In this document: in pieces, positions 8,512 through 16,881 of the stretch
How positions within the stretch are numbered: position 1 is the stretch's first letter
Layout of the letters: each line of letters opens with the position of its first letter
Assembly: GCA_046861395.1 (NCBI GenBank)
Contig: JBHHUC010000032.1
Span: 1-22,942 of the forward strand
Length of the DNA stretch: 22,942 bases
Origin: Fidelibacterota bacterium
GTDB lineage: Bacteria; Fidelibacterota; Marinisomatia; Marinisomatales; JABMOV01
Direction: 5' to 3'
Notes under the pieces: generated by a model
Told to the model about the DNA's origin: nothing
What the model saw: only the letters and a program-made list of their open reading frames with translations
The model's database searches: none
Position numbers and translations under genes: made by a program

Positions 8512-9542
8512 GGGTTAAGCCGGATATCAGGATAAAAGGCCGCCGCGGCAAACCAGTAGGCAATAAAGGCATCAGCGGCGATAAGGTTTTCCCCACCATT
8601 GTGACTGACTCCCAGGGCATCCCAGGACAATTCTGAATTCCTCTCCTTCAGGCGGATTGTGCCGGCGATTGTATCCCATTGATCGATCAATAAATCACGG
8701 GTGGTCTGGAATGCGATGGCCAGATTATCTGCCGCGGATATGATTATACGATAGCTCACACCGCCGATTTCTTTTTCCACCAGGGTGGGCATGACAGAAT
8801 TCCTGATGGGAAAAGCCCATTGTTCTGTTTCAGTTGCAATCGTTAATACCCGTTCTTTGGCCGGAAGGCGGTCATCGAAATGAATCAGGGAAAAATAAAT
8901 GTAGTCTCCGCAAGAAGCTGAGTTACAGGTTTTATAATTCCCATAGGGATAAGAACCGTAATTGCGACTGTATCCGGTTTCCGTGGTGAGAACTTTTGAA
9001 TCGGGATACAATTTGCGCCAAGTTGCCCAGGTGGTTTCCAGCAGTGGTTTTAATTCCAGGGTCCTGCCACGTTTCGTCCCGGCCGCCGAAGCCAGGAGTA
9101 ATTGGGGCCAATAGCTTTCAGTACCGCGATCATACATGATCAGGTTGCTGTTATACAACATTCCCGAAACACCGAATTCTCCTTCTGTAACGGCATGAAG
9201 GGCCGATCCGGTTAGGGGGCAGTAGGAAATCATGTAGCCGGACTCATTTACCACTTCATGCCAATCCAGGATCGGGTGGGGATAGGCCACATATTCACTG
9301 CCGTTATACATCCCCACCACCAGATCACTCTCCTGCAGATAGGTATGAGCGGGGTCCGTAGTGATAGCATAGTGGGGATTGTCGATACTGGGAATACAAT
9401 CACGGCCGGCGTAACATCCCTGTTGCACGAATTCTGTATCAATGTCCCATTGTTCCTGATTCAGATTTCCTCCCAGAATATTGTCCTCCTGACAGGATAT
9501 CAGGACCAGCAACAGAATCAAAACCGAACGCTGCATAGGCAT
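8508..9542 (-). CDS. DUF3179 family lipoprotein
   Basis: Lipobox LLVLIS-C, plus family motifs DCIPSIDNP, AYPHPILDWHEVVN, SYCPLTGS, FGVSGMLYNSNLIMYDRGTESYWPQ and YWFA...FYP. Confidence 0.85.
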   Translation of the reverse strand: MPMQRSVLILLLVLISCQEDNILGGNLNQEQWDIDTEFVQQGCYAGRDCIPSIDNPHYAITTDPAHTYLQESDLVVGMYNGSEYVAYPHPILDWHEVVNESGYMISYCPLTGSALHAVTEGEFGVSGMLYNSNLIMYDRGTESYWPQLLLASAAGTKRGRTLELKPLLETTWATWRKLYPDSKVLTTETGYSRNYGSYPYGNYKTCNSASCGDYIYFSLIHFDDRLPAKERVLTIATETEQWAFPIRNSVMPTLVEKEIGGVSYRIIISAADNLAIAFQTTRDLLIDQWDTIAGTIRLKERNSELSWDALGVSHNGGENLIAADAFIAYWFAAAAFYPDIRLNP

Positions 9543-9581
9543 CCTCTTTTTCTGAAGTTACATCGTTCTGACGCTATTCGG

Positions 9582-9597
9582 TGTCCAGCAGCTGACA
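9582..9597 (-). promoter_or_regulatory. Crp/Fnr-family site (plus strand TGTCC-AGCAGC-TGACA) upstream of the DUF3179 operon
   Basis: Intergenic 5-6-5 palindrome. A -10-like TAACTT at 9560-9555 lies 21 nt downstream on the minus strand. Confidence 0.75.
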
Positions 9598-9774
9598 CTT
9601 CAGACAATCGTATTCATTTTGCTAACTATAATAATGTTATTGTTTTATTACTACATTATTCATCGTAGTTTTTCATGTTATTATCAGGAAGGAATTTGCT
9701 ACTTACTTCTCTCTTTTGAGTCGCTGTGTTCAACTCCTGTCTGATATTCTATCCAATTGATTTCAGGAGACACA

Positions 9775-10239
9775 ATGAACATTCAAGACAATAGTGTAGT
9801 CACTATTCATTACACTCTGACCGATGACCAGGGGACACAACTCGATTCCTCTGAGAACCACGGCCCGCTGAATTATCTGCATGGCGCACACAACATTATC
9901 CCCGGGCTGGAAAACGCCCTGACCGGAAAAAAAGTTGGCGATTCCCTTGAGGTGGAAGTTTCACCGAAAGATGGTTATGGTCTGGTTGATCCGGCTAAGA
10001 TTCAGGATATTCCCTTATCCGCATTTGATGGCGTGGAAACAGTTAAGCCCGGGATGCAGTTCCAGGCCCAGGATTCCAGCGGAAATGTACAGAATATTAC
10101 CGTCAACGATGTGAAAGACGATATTGTTACCGTAGATGCCAACCATCCCCTGGCCGGTAAAGTACTACATTTTGCGGTCACCATCGAGAATATACGACAC
10201 GCCACACCGGAAGAAATCAGCCACGGACATATTCATTAA
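9775..10239 (+). CDS. slyD: FKBP-type peptidyl-prolyl isomerase SlyD
   Basis: VVTIHYTL, YLHGAHNIIPGLENAL, DANHPLAGK.LHF and ATPEEISHGHIH motifs. Start is ATG 9775 after AGGAG. Metal-binding tail is short. Confidence 0.93.
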   Translation: MNIQDNSVVTIHYTLTDDQGTQLDSSENHGPLNYLHGAHNIIPGLENALTGKKVGDSLEVEVSPKDGYGLVDPAKIQDIPLSAFDGVETVKPGMQFQAQDSSGNVQNITVNDVKDDIVTVDANHPLAGKVLHFAVTIENIRHATPEEISHGHIH

Positions 10240-10276
10240 GGATTGAATATCCATTGTCGCTTGGCGGTGGCCTTGC

Positions 10277-11368
10277 TTATAATTCTTCCCGCAATCGTTT
10301 GCGTCGCCGGGAATCGATAGTATCCACGGCCCGTACGGCATATTCCTGGGCCGTATAAATTTGTTTCATCACCGGTTCCGTTCGGCGCTTGGTGGCATCG
10401 CCGACAACAAAAAAGCCCCTGACGGACGTTTCGCCCTTATGATCGATATAGATGTGGCGTTTTTCCACCGCTTCCTGTTCATCGGCCAGCTCGGTGCCAA
10501 CCTTGATCGCCAGATCATTATAGACCCGATACAGCCCCAGGGAAACCAAGGCAAACCTGACCATAACATCCTCATGCCGGTCAAAAGTAAATCCCCGGAG
10601 TTGTTTTACACCGTCACTGATGATATTGGTAATCTGATCCGGGACGATTTCAATTTCATAGGCCTGTAGGATGTGTCGGCGCTTCGATGAAATCCCAAGT
10701 GGCAACCCATTGCCCAGTATAACCACCCGGATACCATATCGTTCGTGCAGCATCATAGCTAGTTCGGCCGCCGTATTACTGTTTCCCAGCACGGCAACCG
10801 CATCCTGTTTTGTCAGATGTCCCTCACAGCGAATACAATAGAGTACCTGTTCCCGGTTGGCAAAAGGATATATCCATTTTTCACTGGCTAAGGGCGCACC
10901 AGTTCTGTCGGGTTTCAGAATAACTGGTTGTTCGTCCATCACGCCGGTACACAGAACCACTGATTCTGCTTTTTTTTCTGTGCCAACGGAAGAAAGAGTA
11001 AAAACGCCGTCCGATAAATTCAAGTCGGTGACCGATTCTGAAATAATGTCCACGGCGGGATAATCCGCCCGGATGCGGTCTATGGTATTCTGGATGATCA
11101 TGCGGTTATTGATATGAAAATGTTGTCCCGCCAGGGACTCTGCTGCTTCATGAAACTTGTTTTTCCGCAGTACGGCCAGGACCTGATTTTTTACAATATC
11201 ATCGTGGAGACCAATCATATTGTCAATATTGGCAACCCATTGGGAGCGACTCCGTTTCCGTGTTCGTTTATCACCCAGAAACCATACCGTATCCAGCCCG
11301 TTTTGTGCCGCCCGCAGGGCAGTGGCGGAACCGGCGATCCCTCCGCCAATAACAGCAACATGCTTCAT
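10277..11368 (-). CDS. Thioredoxin-reductase-like NAD(P)/FAD-dependent oxidoreductase
   Basis: GGGIAG dinucleotide fold, YCIRCEGH CxxC, and ETSVRGFFVVGD. ATGA overlap with the upstream gene. Confidence 0.8.
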   Translation of the reverse strand: MKHVAVIGGGIAGSATALRAAQNGLDTVWFLGDKRTRKRSRSQWVANIDNMIGLHDDIVKNQVLAVLRKNKFHEAAESLAGQHFHINNRMIIQNTIDRIRADYPAVDIISESVTDLNLSDGVFTLSSVGTEKKAESVVLCTGVMDEQPVILKPDRTGAPLASEKWIYPFANREQVLYCIRCEGHLTKQDAVAVLGNSNTAAELAMMLHERYGIRVVILGNGLPLGISSKRRHILQAYEIEIVPDQITNIISDGVKQLRGFTFDRHEDVMVRFALVSLGLYRVYNDLAIKVGTELADEQEAVEKRHIYIDHKGETSVRGFFVVGDATKRRTEPVMKQIYTAQEYAVRAVDTIDSRRRKRLREEL

Positions 11369-11901
11369 ATCAATTCCTTTCCATTGATAAATCGTTCTAT
11401 GGTTTCCAGTGGCAGATGATCCCCGATATGTCGGCCGTAATAGGCCACCGCGATAATCCCCTGCTCATCAATCAGGAAATCCGCCGGCACAATGGCAATA
11501 TCACCCTCCATTTTTCCCGGCAAAAATCCCTTTGCCATTCCCTGCAGAACGGGTATGGCCCCACGAATAAATTTCAACCAGGATGATTCAACACCGAATT
11601 GCCGGTACACGTCACGGCCGGGATCGGGAATCAGGGGAAAGGGGCGTTGTTCTCGTCCTACTCGTTTTTGAATACTCTCCCGGTCAGATTCGAATACTGC
11701 CAGGAGCCGAAAACCGGTCTCCTGCCAGCGGGGAGCCTGTTCACTGAGGGTATGAATCCGCAAGTTACATAGGGGACAACCGGCATAGCGGTAGAATGAT
11801 ATGAGCCAGCGTCTGCCGCGTAAATCACGGCTATCGATTTTTTCACCGCTAGTATCAGTCATGACAAATGTCGGGACCGGATCGCCCCGTCTTATTTTCA
11901 T
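11365..11901 (-). CDS. AhpC/TSA (peroxiredoxin-like) redoxin
   Basis: GDPVPTF, FYRYAGCPLC, FPLIPDP and PADFLIDEQG motifs. Start moved to ATG 11901 (ATGA overlap with the upstream stop). Confidence 0.85.
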   Translation of the reverse strand: MKIRRGDPVPTFVMTDTSGEKIDSRDLRGRRWLISFYRYAGCPLCNLRIHTLSEQAPRWQETGFRLLAVFESDRESIQKRVGREQRPFPLIPDPGRDVYRQFGVESSWLKFIRGAIPVLQGMAKGFLPGKMEGDIAIVPADFLIDEQGIIAVAYYGRHIGDHLPLETIERFINGKELI

Positions 11902-12575
11902 TTCATCCTTCTTTCCGATCCCAGGAGAGTTTCGATCCAATCCGCCAGATGATGAGCCGAATCGGTGCGTAATTCCCTCAGTCCGTCTACTATCCCTCCT
12001 AAATCTTTCCAATGATCTACATCAGCCATCACGGGCAGTAACATGGGTTTCAAATCCTCGGGCAATTCACGCAAGAGCACATTCAATGTGTCGGATGTAC
12101 TATAAGGAATACGGTTCCAGAATGAAGCCTCCAGGGGTTCGCGACCGGCAAACAGATAAAACCCTCCGTCCGAGGCCGGCCCGATGACAACGGGTGACGA
12201 TTCTAGCAGTGTGATCGCCCGGAGAATATGTTCTTCTGATAAATGCGGAGAATCGGCTCCAATGAAAACCACGGCGTCGAATTCGGCAATCAATATGGAA
12301 TACACCTGATGCAACCGTTCACCCAAACTGCCGGACCCCTGGTACACGATGGGGAAAGAATGCCAATACCCATTGCCTTCACCTTCCGGTTCGGCAACAG
12401 CCCAGAGGGGTGTTATGTGCGGCTGCCGGGCCAGGGATTCCATCAAATCCTGAATACAGGCCACGCTCATGGTATAAAACCGACGGGCGTTATTTGTCCC
12501 AATGGTAGCGGCAAGTCGGGTTTTTACCGGGGATAATTCCGGTGTCTTCACAAAAGTGGCCAGAGCAACATTCAC
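11898..12575 (-). CDS. TIGR04282/DUF2064-like (CofC-related) arsenosugar-cluster transferase
   Basis: FVKTP...VKTRLA, QGSGSLGERL, IGADSP, GPASDGGFYL and DVDHWKDL motifs. Start moved to GTG 12575 (GTGA overlap). Confidence 0.85.
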   Translation of the reverse strand: MNVALATFVKTPELSPVKTRLAATIGTNNARRFYTMSVACIQDLMESLARQPHITPLWAVAEPEGEGNGYWHSFPIVYQGSGSLGERLHQVYSILIAEFDAVVFIGADSPHLSEEHILRAITLLESSPVVIGPASDGGFYLFAGREPLEASFWNRIPYSTSDTLNVLLRELPEDLKPMLLPVMADVDHWKDLGGIVDGLRELRTDSAHHLADWIETLLGSERRMK

Positions 12576-13258
12576 AAGACACCCCGACTGCGAAGATAAC
12601 GAAAACTTTCGGGGATAACCTGTTTTATCCACAAAAGAAGATATAGCCGCATTAACCGCAGACGGCCGTACTGTTCATACTTCCGGGCACTGGTGGAAAT
12701 GGTTTGTCCGGTACATCGTACTGGGATTCCTTGTTGCCGGGCTCGCCAGGCAAATAGATGGTCTTCGCCATATGGGGCTGTAACCGGAAACCCTCCGATT
12801 CGTAAAAAATTTTTCCGCGAAATAAGAAATCCCTGATCTCCGAACGGGGAAAGGAAAAGGCGAGAACGCAGGCCTGCCCCCCAGGCGTTGATCCGGTACG
12901 ACCGGTGGGTTTGAGAAACAAAGGTTAAATTAAAATAGGACAGGGCATTCAGCATGTTTTTCATGGCAGCCTGGACGCCGCATCGTGCCGGATGGTCCAC
13001 GCGGGTATCGGCATGGAGAAACCAGAAAACATCGCCGCAGGCGGCCTGCGCCCCGGCATTGAGTTGGGAGGCACGCCCTGTTGCAGCCGTAAGACAGCGA
13101 ACGTTGGGAATGGAACGCTTCTTTCCGGCGGGAAAAACACAGATGATTTCTGCCGATCGAAAATGCCGCTTTAGGTCCGACAGCAAATGAACATACTCCC
13201 CTTCTTCCGGTCCCACAGGAACGATAATGGACAGGGTTTGCCAGCGGTCATGGGCCAT
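12572..13258 (-). CDS. TIGR04283-like GT2 glycosyltransferase (arsenosugar cluster)
   Basis: LSIIVP, GRASQLNAGA, WFLHADT, PFGDQG, ED and TSARKY motifs. Confidence 0.85.
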   Translation of the reverse strand: MAHDRWQTLSIIVPVGPEEGEYVHLLSDLKRHFRSAEIICVFPAGKKRSIPNVRCLTAATGRASQLNAGAQAACGDVFWFLHADTRVDHPARCGVQAAMKNMLNALSYFNLTFVSQTHRSYRINAWGAGLRSRLFLSPFGDQGFLISRKNFLRIGGFPVTAPYGEDHLFAWRARQQGIPVRCTGQTISTSARKYEQYGRLRLMRLYLLLWIKQVIPESFRYLRSRGVL

Positions 13259-13263
13259 ACCTG

Positions 13264-14112
13264 CTAGGAATTCAGGACCTTGTAAATGGTTCTATTTTCT
13301 TCCGAAAGGTCGGATACCGGCGTCAGCAGTGCTCCGGCCAGACTGGTCCGACAGGAGCAGGATTTAGTCAGTAGGGGTCGGGACAACAGGGTGGACAACA
13401 TGGCTTTTACTTTGGCTACACTGGCACTGTACCATTCGAATATCTTCTCAACCGATACGTGTAAATCAGGATCTTCCAGCCAACAGTCATAATCCGTAAT
13501 AATGGTTAAAGTAGCGTAACACATTTGGGCTTCACGGGCCAGAAAAACTTCCGGTACATTGGTCATTCCCACCAGATCGGCTTTGACGGCATGCTTCAGA
13601 AAATGGCTTTCCGCCTTTGTCCCCAAACGGGGACCTTCCACACAAGCGTACGTCTTGCCGCTGTGTATTGTATGTCCCTTTTCTGATCCTACGTCGATAA
13701 GAACCTGTGTCAGGTTCGGACACGTGGGTTCAGCGGTGCTCACATGAGCAGCCATGCCCTGACCGAAAAATGTTTTACGGCGTTGACCGGCCGTATGATC
13801 GAAATATTGATTCGGAACAGCGAATTCTCCCGGTTTCAGTTCCAGTTGTAAACTCCCCACCGCCGAGAGTCCGATAATCCGGGTTACTCCTGCTTGTTTC
13901 AGTGCAAAAATATTAGCCCTGTAATTCACTTCATGGGGTAGGAATTGGTGCCGCTCCCCATGTCGTGGCAGGAAAATCACATCCTGGTTCCCCACGCGGC
14001 CTTTCATCAGCGGCCCGGACGGCTCGCCGAAAGGGGTCGCAGGACGTAATTCTTCCAGAAGGGTCAACCCTTCCAGTTGATAAATACCGGTTCCACCAAT
14101 AATGCCTATCAT
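13264..14112 (-). CDS. mtnP: S-methyl-5'-thioadenosine phosphorylase family nucleoside phosphorylase
   Basis: IGIIGGTG, TPFGEPS, FLPRHG, NYRANI, SAVGSL, EGPR, VGMTNVPE..LARE and TDYDCW motifs. GAGG RBS. Confidence 0.9.
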   Translation of the reverse strand: MIGIIGGTGIYQLEGLTLLEELRPATPFGEPSGPLMKGRVGNQDVIFLPRHGERHQFLPHEVNYRANIFALKQAGVTRIIGLSAVGSLQLELKPGEFAVPNQYFDHTAGQRRKTFFGQGMAAHVSTAEPTCPNLTQVLIDVGSEKGHTIHSGKTYACVEGPRLGTKAESHFLKHAVKADLVGMTNVPEVFLAREAQMCYATLTIITDYDCWLEDPDLHVSVEKIFEWYSASVAKVKAMLSTLLSRPLLTKSCSCRTSLAGALLTPVSDLSEENRTIYKVLNS

Positions 14113-14124
14113 ATTGTCCTCACT

Positions 14125-15807
14125 TCAGGTCACGATTTGTTCAAATTTTCGCCGCAAATGGTCCGGACGGTTACGCCATTTCTCTTGGACGATGAAGATT
14201 CCCATCTGCCACCAGCCGAGAGACGAGAAAAAATGTTTACGGTAATTGCCGGTACCACGAAATCCGCCTTTCCGACGGAATAAACGTAAACGAAATTTTG
14301 ACTTGGGTAAATGATTTTTTCCTGCAATAATATCACGAAATACAAAGGGAATCCAATCGGTGCGGGCATATACTTTTTTTATTTTTTCAATCGCCGGTTC
14401 AATTGCTTTCTCATCATCCCCCACTGCATCCAGAATAGCATATATTTCATCCGAGAGACGGTCAAAATCCGGCCATAATCCTCCCACCAGTTTCAGATCA
14501 CGAATTTCTTCCAGATAGCCTTCCCGTGAGCCTCCGGACAGATAACGGAACCGGGCAGTACTCAATTTTAATCCTTCCAGGTAGGCGCCCAACAACCATA
14601 ATACGGAATATAAATGCCACAACTGATAATCGACAAATGATTTGTAGGCATAGGCAATCAGACGGTCATTCGCCCGAATAATGTTTTTCGTCTTGGTCTC
14701 AACCCAGGTAAAGTCCGAACGCTGAAACCGATTTTCGGCATGAGATGTCAGAAGCTGTTGCGCCAGTGCCCCCACACAACTCAAGGATGCATACAGTCCC
14801 TTGGAAAATAACGGATCAATAAATCCGGCCGAATGACCCAGGAGAGCAAATCGGTCACCCACTACCTGCGTGGACGAATACTGAATCCGGTCCGTCCGCA
14901 CCCAGTCCCGCACCGCAATACCATCCTTCATTTGCGCATAGATTGAGGGAAATCGTTTCAAGATGGAAAAGAATTCCTCCTCCGCCGTTCGAGATTCATC
15001 CCGGGGATATAGGCGAGGATCGAGCATGAGACCGACACTACAAAAAGGATTCACCGCCCGTTGGTGGTTGTTGAACGGAATGACCCAGAGCCAGCCGCCG
15101 TGAAATAAATGATGTAGCGTGCCTTCCGAAAAAGAATAGGGCAAACGCAAAGCTCCTTTCCTGCCGGAGATGTCATGGTAAGACGGAATCCTGATCAGAT
15201 GCGAAAAAATACTGCGGGAATGGGTCAATAAATTTGTGTCCCGCAGATCGTACTTTCGAGCCAGCAGGGAATGATAGCCACAGGCATCTACCAGGAACCG
15301 GGATGCAATGACCGCTCCGGAAGCCGTCTGCAATGTGACACCGGAGGCATCCATATCCACCGCCGTCACCTTCGTGTTCTGCAGGACGGTAGCTCCATAT
15401 TTACGGGCTACCGCGAGATAATAAAAATCGGAATCCTGTCGATAAATGTGAAGTTCATGTCCGTACGGCTCTTGCGGGATCACGGCCTGCAGAATTTCCT
15501 GCGGATTTGCCGATTTACTCTGTCGGTGGTAGGTAAAACTGAAATGGCGCTTTACCCCGTGACTGTATCCAATAACCGGGAAGAAATTCTCGGAACTGAA
15601 ATGGGCAATTTCCGGTACATCAAACAACAGGGCCAGGCCCCGCATGATTTCAGACGTTTCGATAATTTGCGATTCCCCGATGGCAAAACGGGGATGAGAC
15701 TTTGCCTCCACCACCAGAACCGACAATCCCTGTCGTGCCAGGATGGACGCCAGTATGGTACCGGCAATCCCGGAACCAATAATGGTTACATCGGATTTAT
15801 AATTCAC
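14125..15807 (-). CDS. Flavin-dependent halogenase, PrnC-like
   Basis: GSGIAG, HPRFAIGES, GVKRHF (Lys86 at the catalytic-Lys position), EGTLHH, GGWLWVIPFNNH, SVGL.LDPR.YP and GFIDPLFSKG motifs. Collinear with PrnC as recalled from memory. Confidence 0.88.
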   Translation of the reverse strand: MNYKSDVTIIGSGIAGTILASILARQGLSVLVVEAKSHPRFAIGESQIIETSEIMRGLALLFDVPEIAHFSSENFFPVIGYSHGVKRHFSFTYHRQSKSANPQEILQAVIPQEPYGHELHIYRQDSDFYYLAVARKYGATVLQNTKVTAVDMDASGVTLQTASGAVIASRFLVDACGYHSLLARKYDLRDTNLLTHSRSIFSHLIRIPSYHDISGRKGALRLPYSFSEGTLHHLFHGGWLWVIPFNNHQRAVNPFCSVGLMLDPRLYPRDESRTAEEEFFSILKRFPSIYAQMKDGIAVRDWVRTDRIQYSSTQVVGDRFALLGHSAGFIDPLFSKGLYASLSCVGALAQQLLTSHAENRFQRSDFTWVETKTKNIIRANDRLIAYAYKSFVDYQLWHLYSVLWLLGAYLEGLKLSTARFRYLSGGSREGYLEEIRDLKLVGGLWPDFDRLSDEIYAILDAVGDDEKAIEPAIEKIKKVYARTDWIPFVFRDIIAGKNHLPKSKFRLRLFRRKGGFRGTGNYRKHFFSSLGWWQMGIFIVQEKWRNRPDHLRRKFEQIVT

Positions 15808-15819
15808 ATCGCGTCCAGC

Positions 15820-16872
15820 TCAGCAACATGCCCCCAGGGATTTTTCTTTGTCAGCATTGGAGAGACTATCACCGCAATCAAAGGGACCGTAATGTATGTC
15901 AAAGTTTCCTTTGACATCAAAATAATTCCGGTACCGGGTTTCACTGAGCATCTTGGCTGTATTGCCGCATACCAGTACAGGTTTCCCCGTCGGAAATCGG
16001 TGATGATCGTCCAGCTTGAATTCATGCGGATTTTCGTGGAGCGTTCCTTTATAATAGGCCACGTGACCATAATCTTCACAGAGGTCTTCCAGGTCCAGTT
16101 TGAAAGCCCGGATCGTCATGGAATAGAATTGGATCATACCGGCCTTGGCAAAGACTTCCTCATCCTCCAAGGCAATATTGGATGTGGACACGATACGATA
16201 ATCCAGACAGTTCTGCCGCCGGAGCATGCGTCGGAAATCTTCAATATACATGGCGCCACCAAGACATTCCCCCAGGAGAACATCGTCTTGCCGTAAGTCT
16301 GCCGGAATGCGACGATCGGAGAAGACATCACTGAAGAACAATTCGCCCCCCGGTTTCAGTACCCTGAATATTTCCCTGAATACCGCTTCCTTCTCGGGAG
16401 ACAGGTTGATTACGCAATTGGAAATCACCACATCAATGGATTCATCCTCCATATCGATCGATTGCAGATCTTCGATGTAACCGTGTTTGAATTCCACATT
16501 AGGGAAAGGATAATGAAATTTAGTCATGTGAAAATCAATATGCCGTCGGGCTACGTCCAATTGCTCTTCGGTCATGTCAACTCCGATTACCTTCCCCATG
16601 GGTCCAACCATCTGAGACAATAGATAACAGTCCCGGCCGGTTCCGCAACCCAGATCCAAAACCGTTTTCCCTTCCAGAGCAATGGGTATCGGTGAACCGC
16701 AGCCATAAAACTTATCCAGAATCTCAGGATGAATATTTTTCAGATATGCCTTGATGTAGGGTGGCATATCATCGGGAATACAGCAGGCACTGGTTTTAAG
16801 GTCATGTTTCGTACTTAGCACCTCACTGTAATAGTTTTTAACACTGACTTTTACTTTATCATTCGGGGTCAT
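15820..16872 (-). CDS. arsM: Arsenite S-adenosylmethionine methyltransferase (ArsM/AS3MT-like)
   Basis: LKTSACC, FYGCGSP, VLDLGCGTGRD, VISNCVINL, GECLGGA, VCGNTA and C-terminal CC. GGAGGA RBS. Confidence 0.88.
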   Translation of the reverse strand: MTPNDKVKVSVKNYYSEVLSTKHDLKTSACCIPDDMPPYIKAYLKNIHPEILDKFYGCGSPIPIALEGKTVLDLGCGTGRDCYLLSQMVGPMGKVIGVDMTEEQLDVARRHIDFHMTKFHYPFPNVEFKHGYIEDLQSIDMEDESIDVVISNCVINLSPEKEAVFREIFRVLKPGGELFFSDVFSDRRIPADLRQDDVLLGECLGGAMYIEDFRRMLRRQNCLDYRIVSTSNIALEDEEVFAKAGMIQFYSMTIRAFKLDLEDLCEDYGHVAYYKGTLHENPHEFKLDDHHRFPTGKPVLVCGNTAKMLSETRYRNYFDVKGNFDIHYGPFDCGDSLSNADKEKSLGACC

Positions 16873-16881
16873 GGTTCCTCC

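Noticed and set aside
11901..12632. ORF-track N-terminal extensions of the AhpC/TSA (12012) and DUF2064 (12632) genes
   Set aside because: They overlap upstream genes extensively. Coupled starts at 11901 and 12575 match the domain boundaries.
14125..15807. Pyrrolnitrin biosynthesis (prnABCD)
   Set aside because: Only a PrnC-like gene is present, with no prnA, prnB or prnD in the window.
15271..16296. 341-aa plus-strand ORF
   Set aside because: Antisense shadow of arsM and the halogenase with no recognisable motifs.
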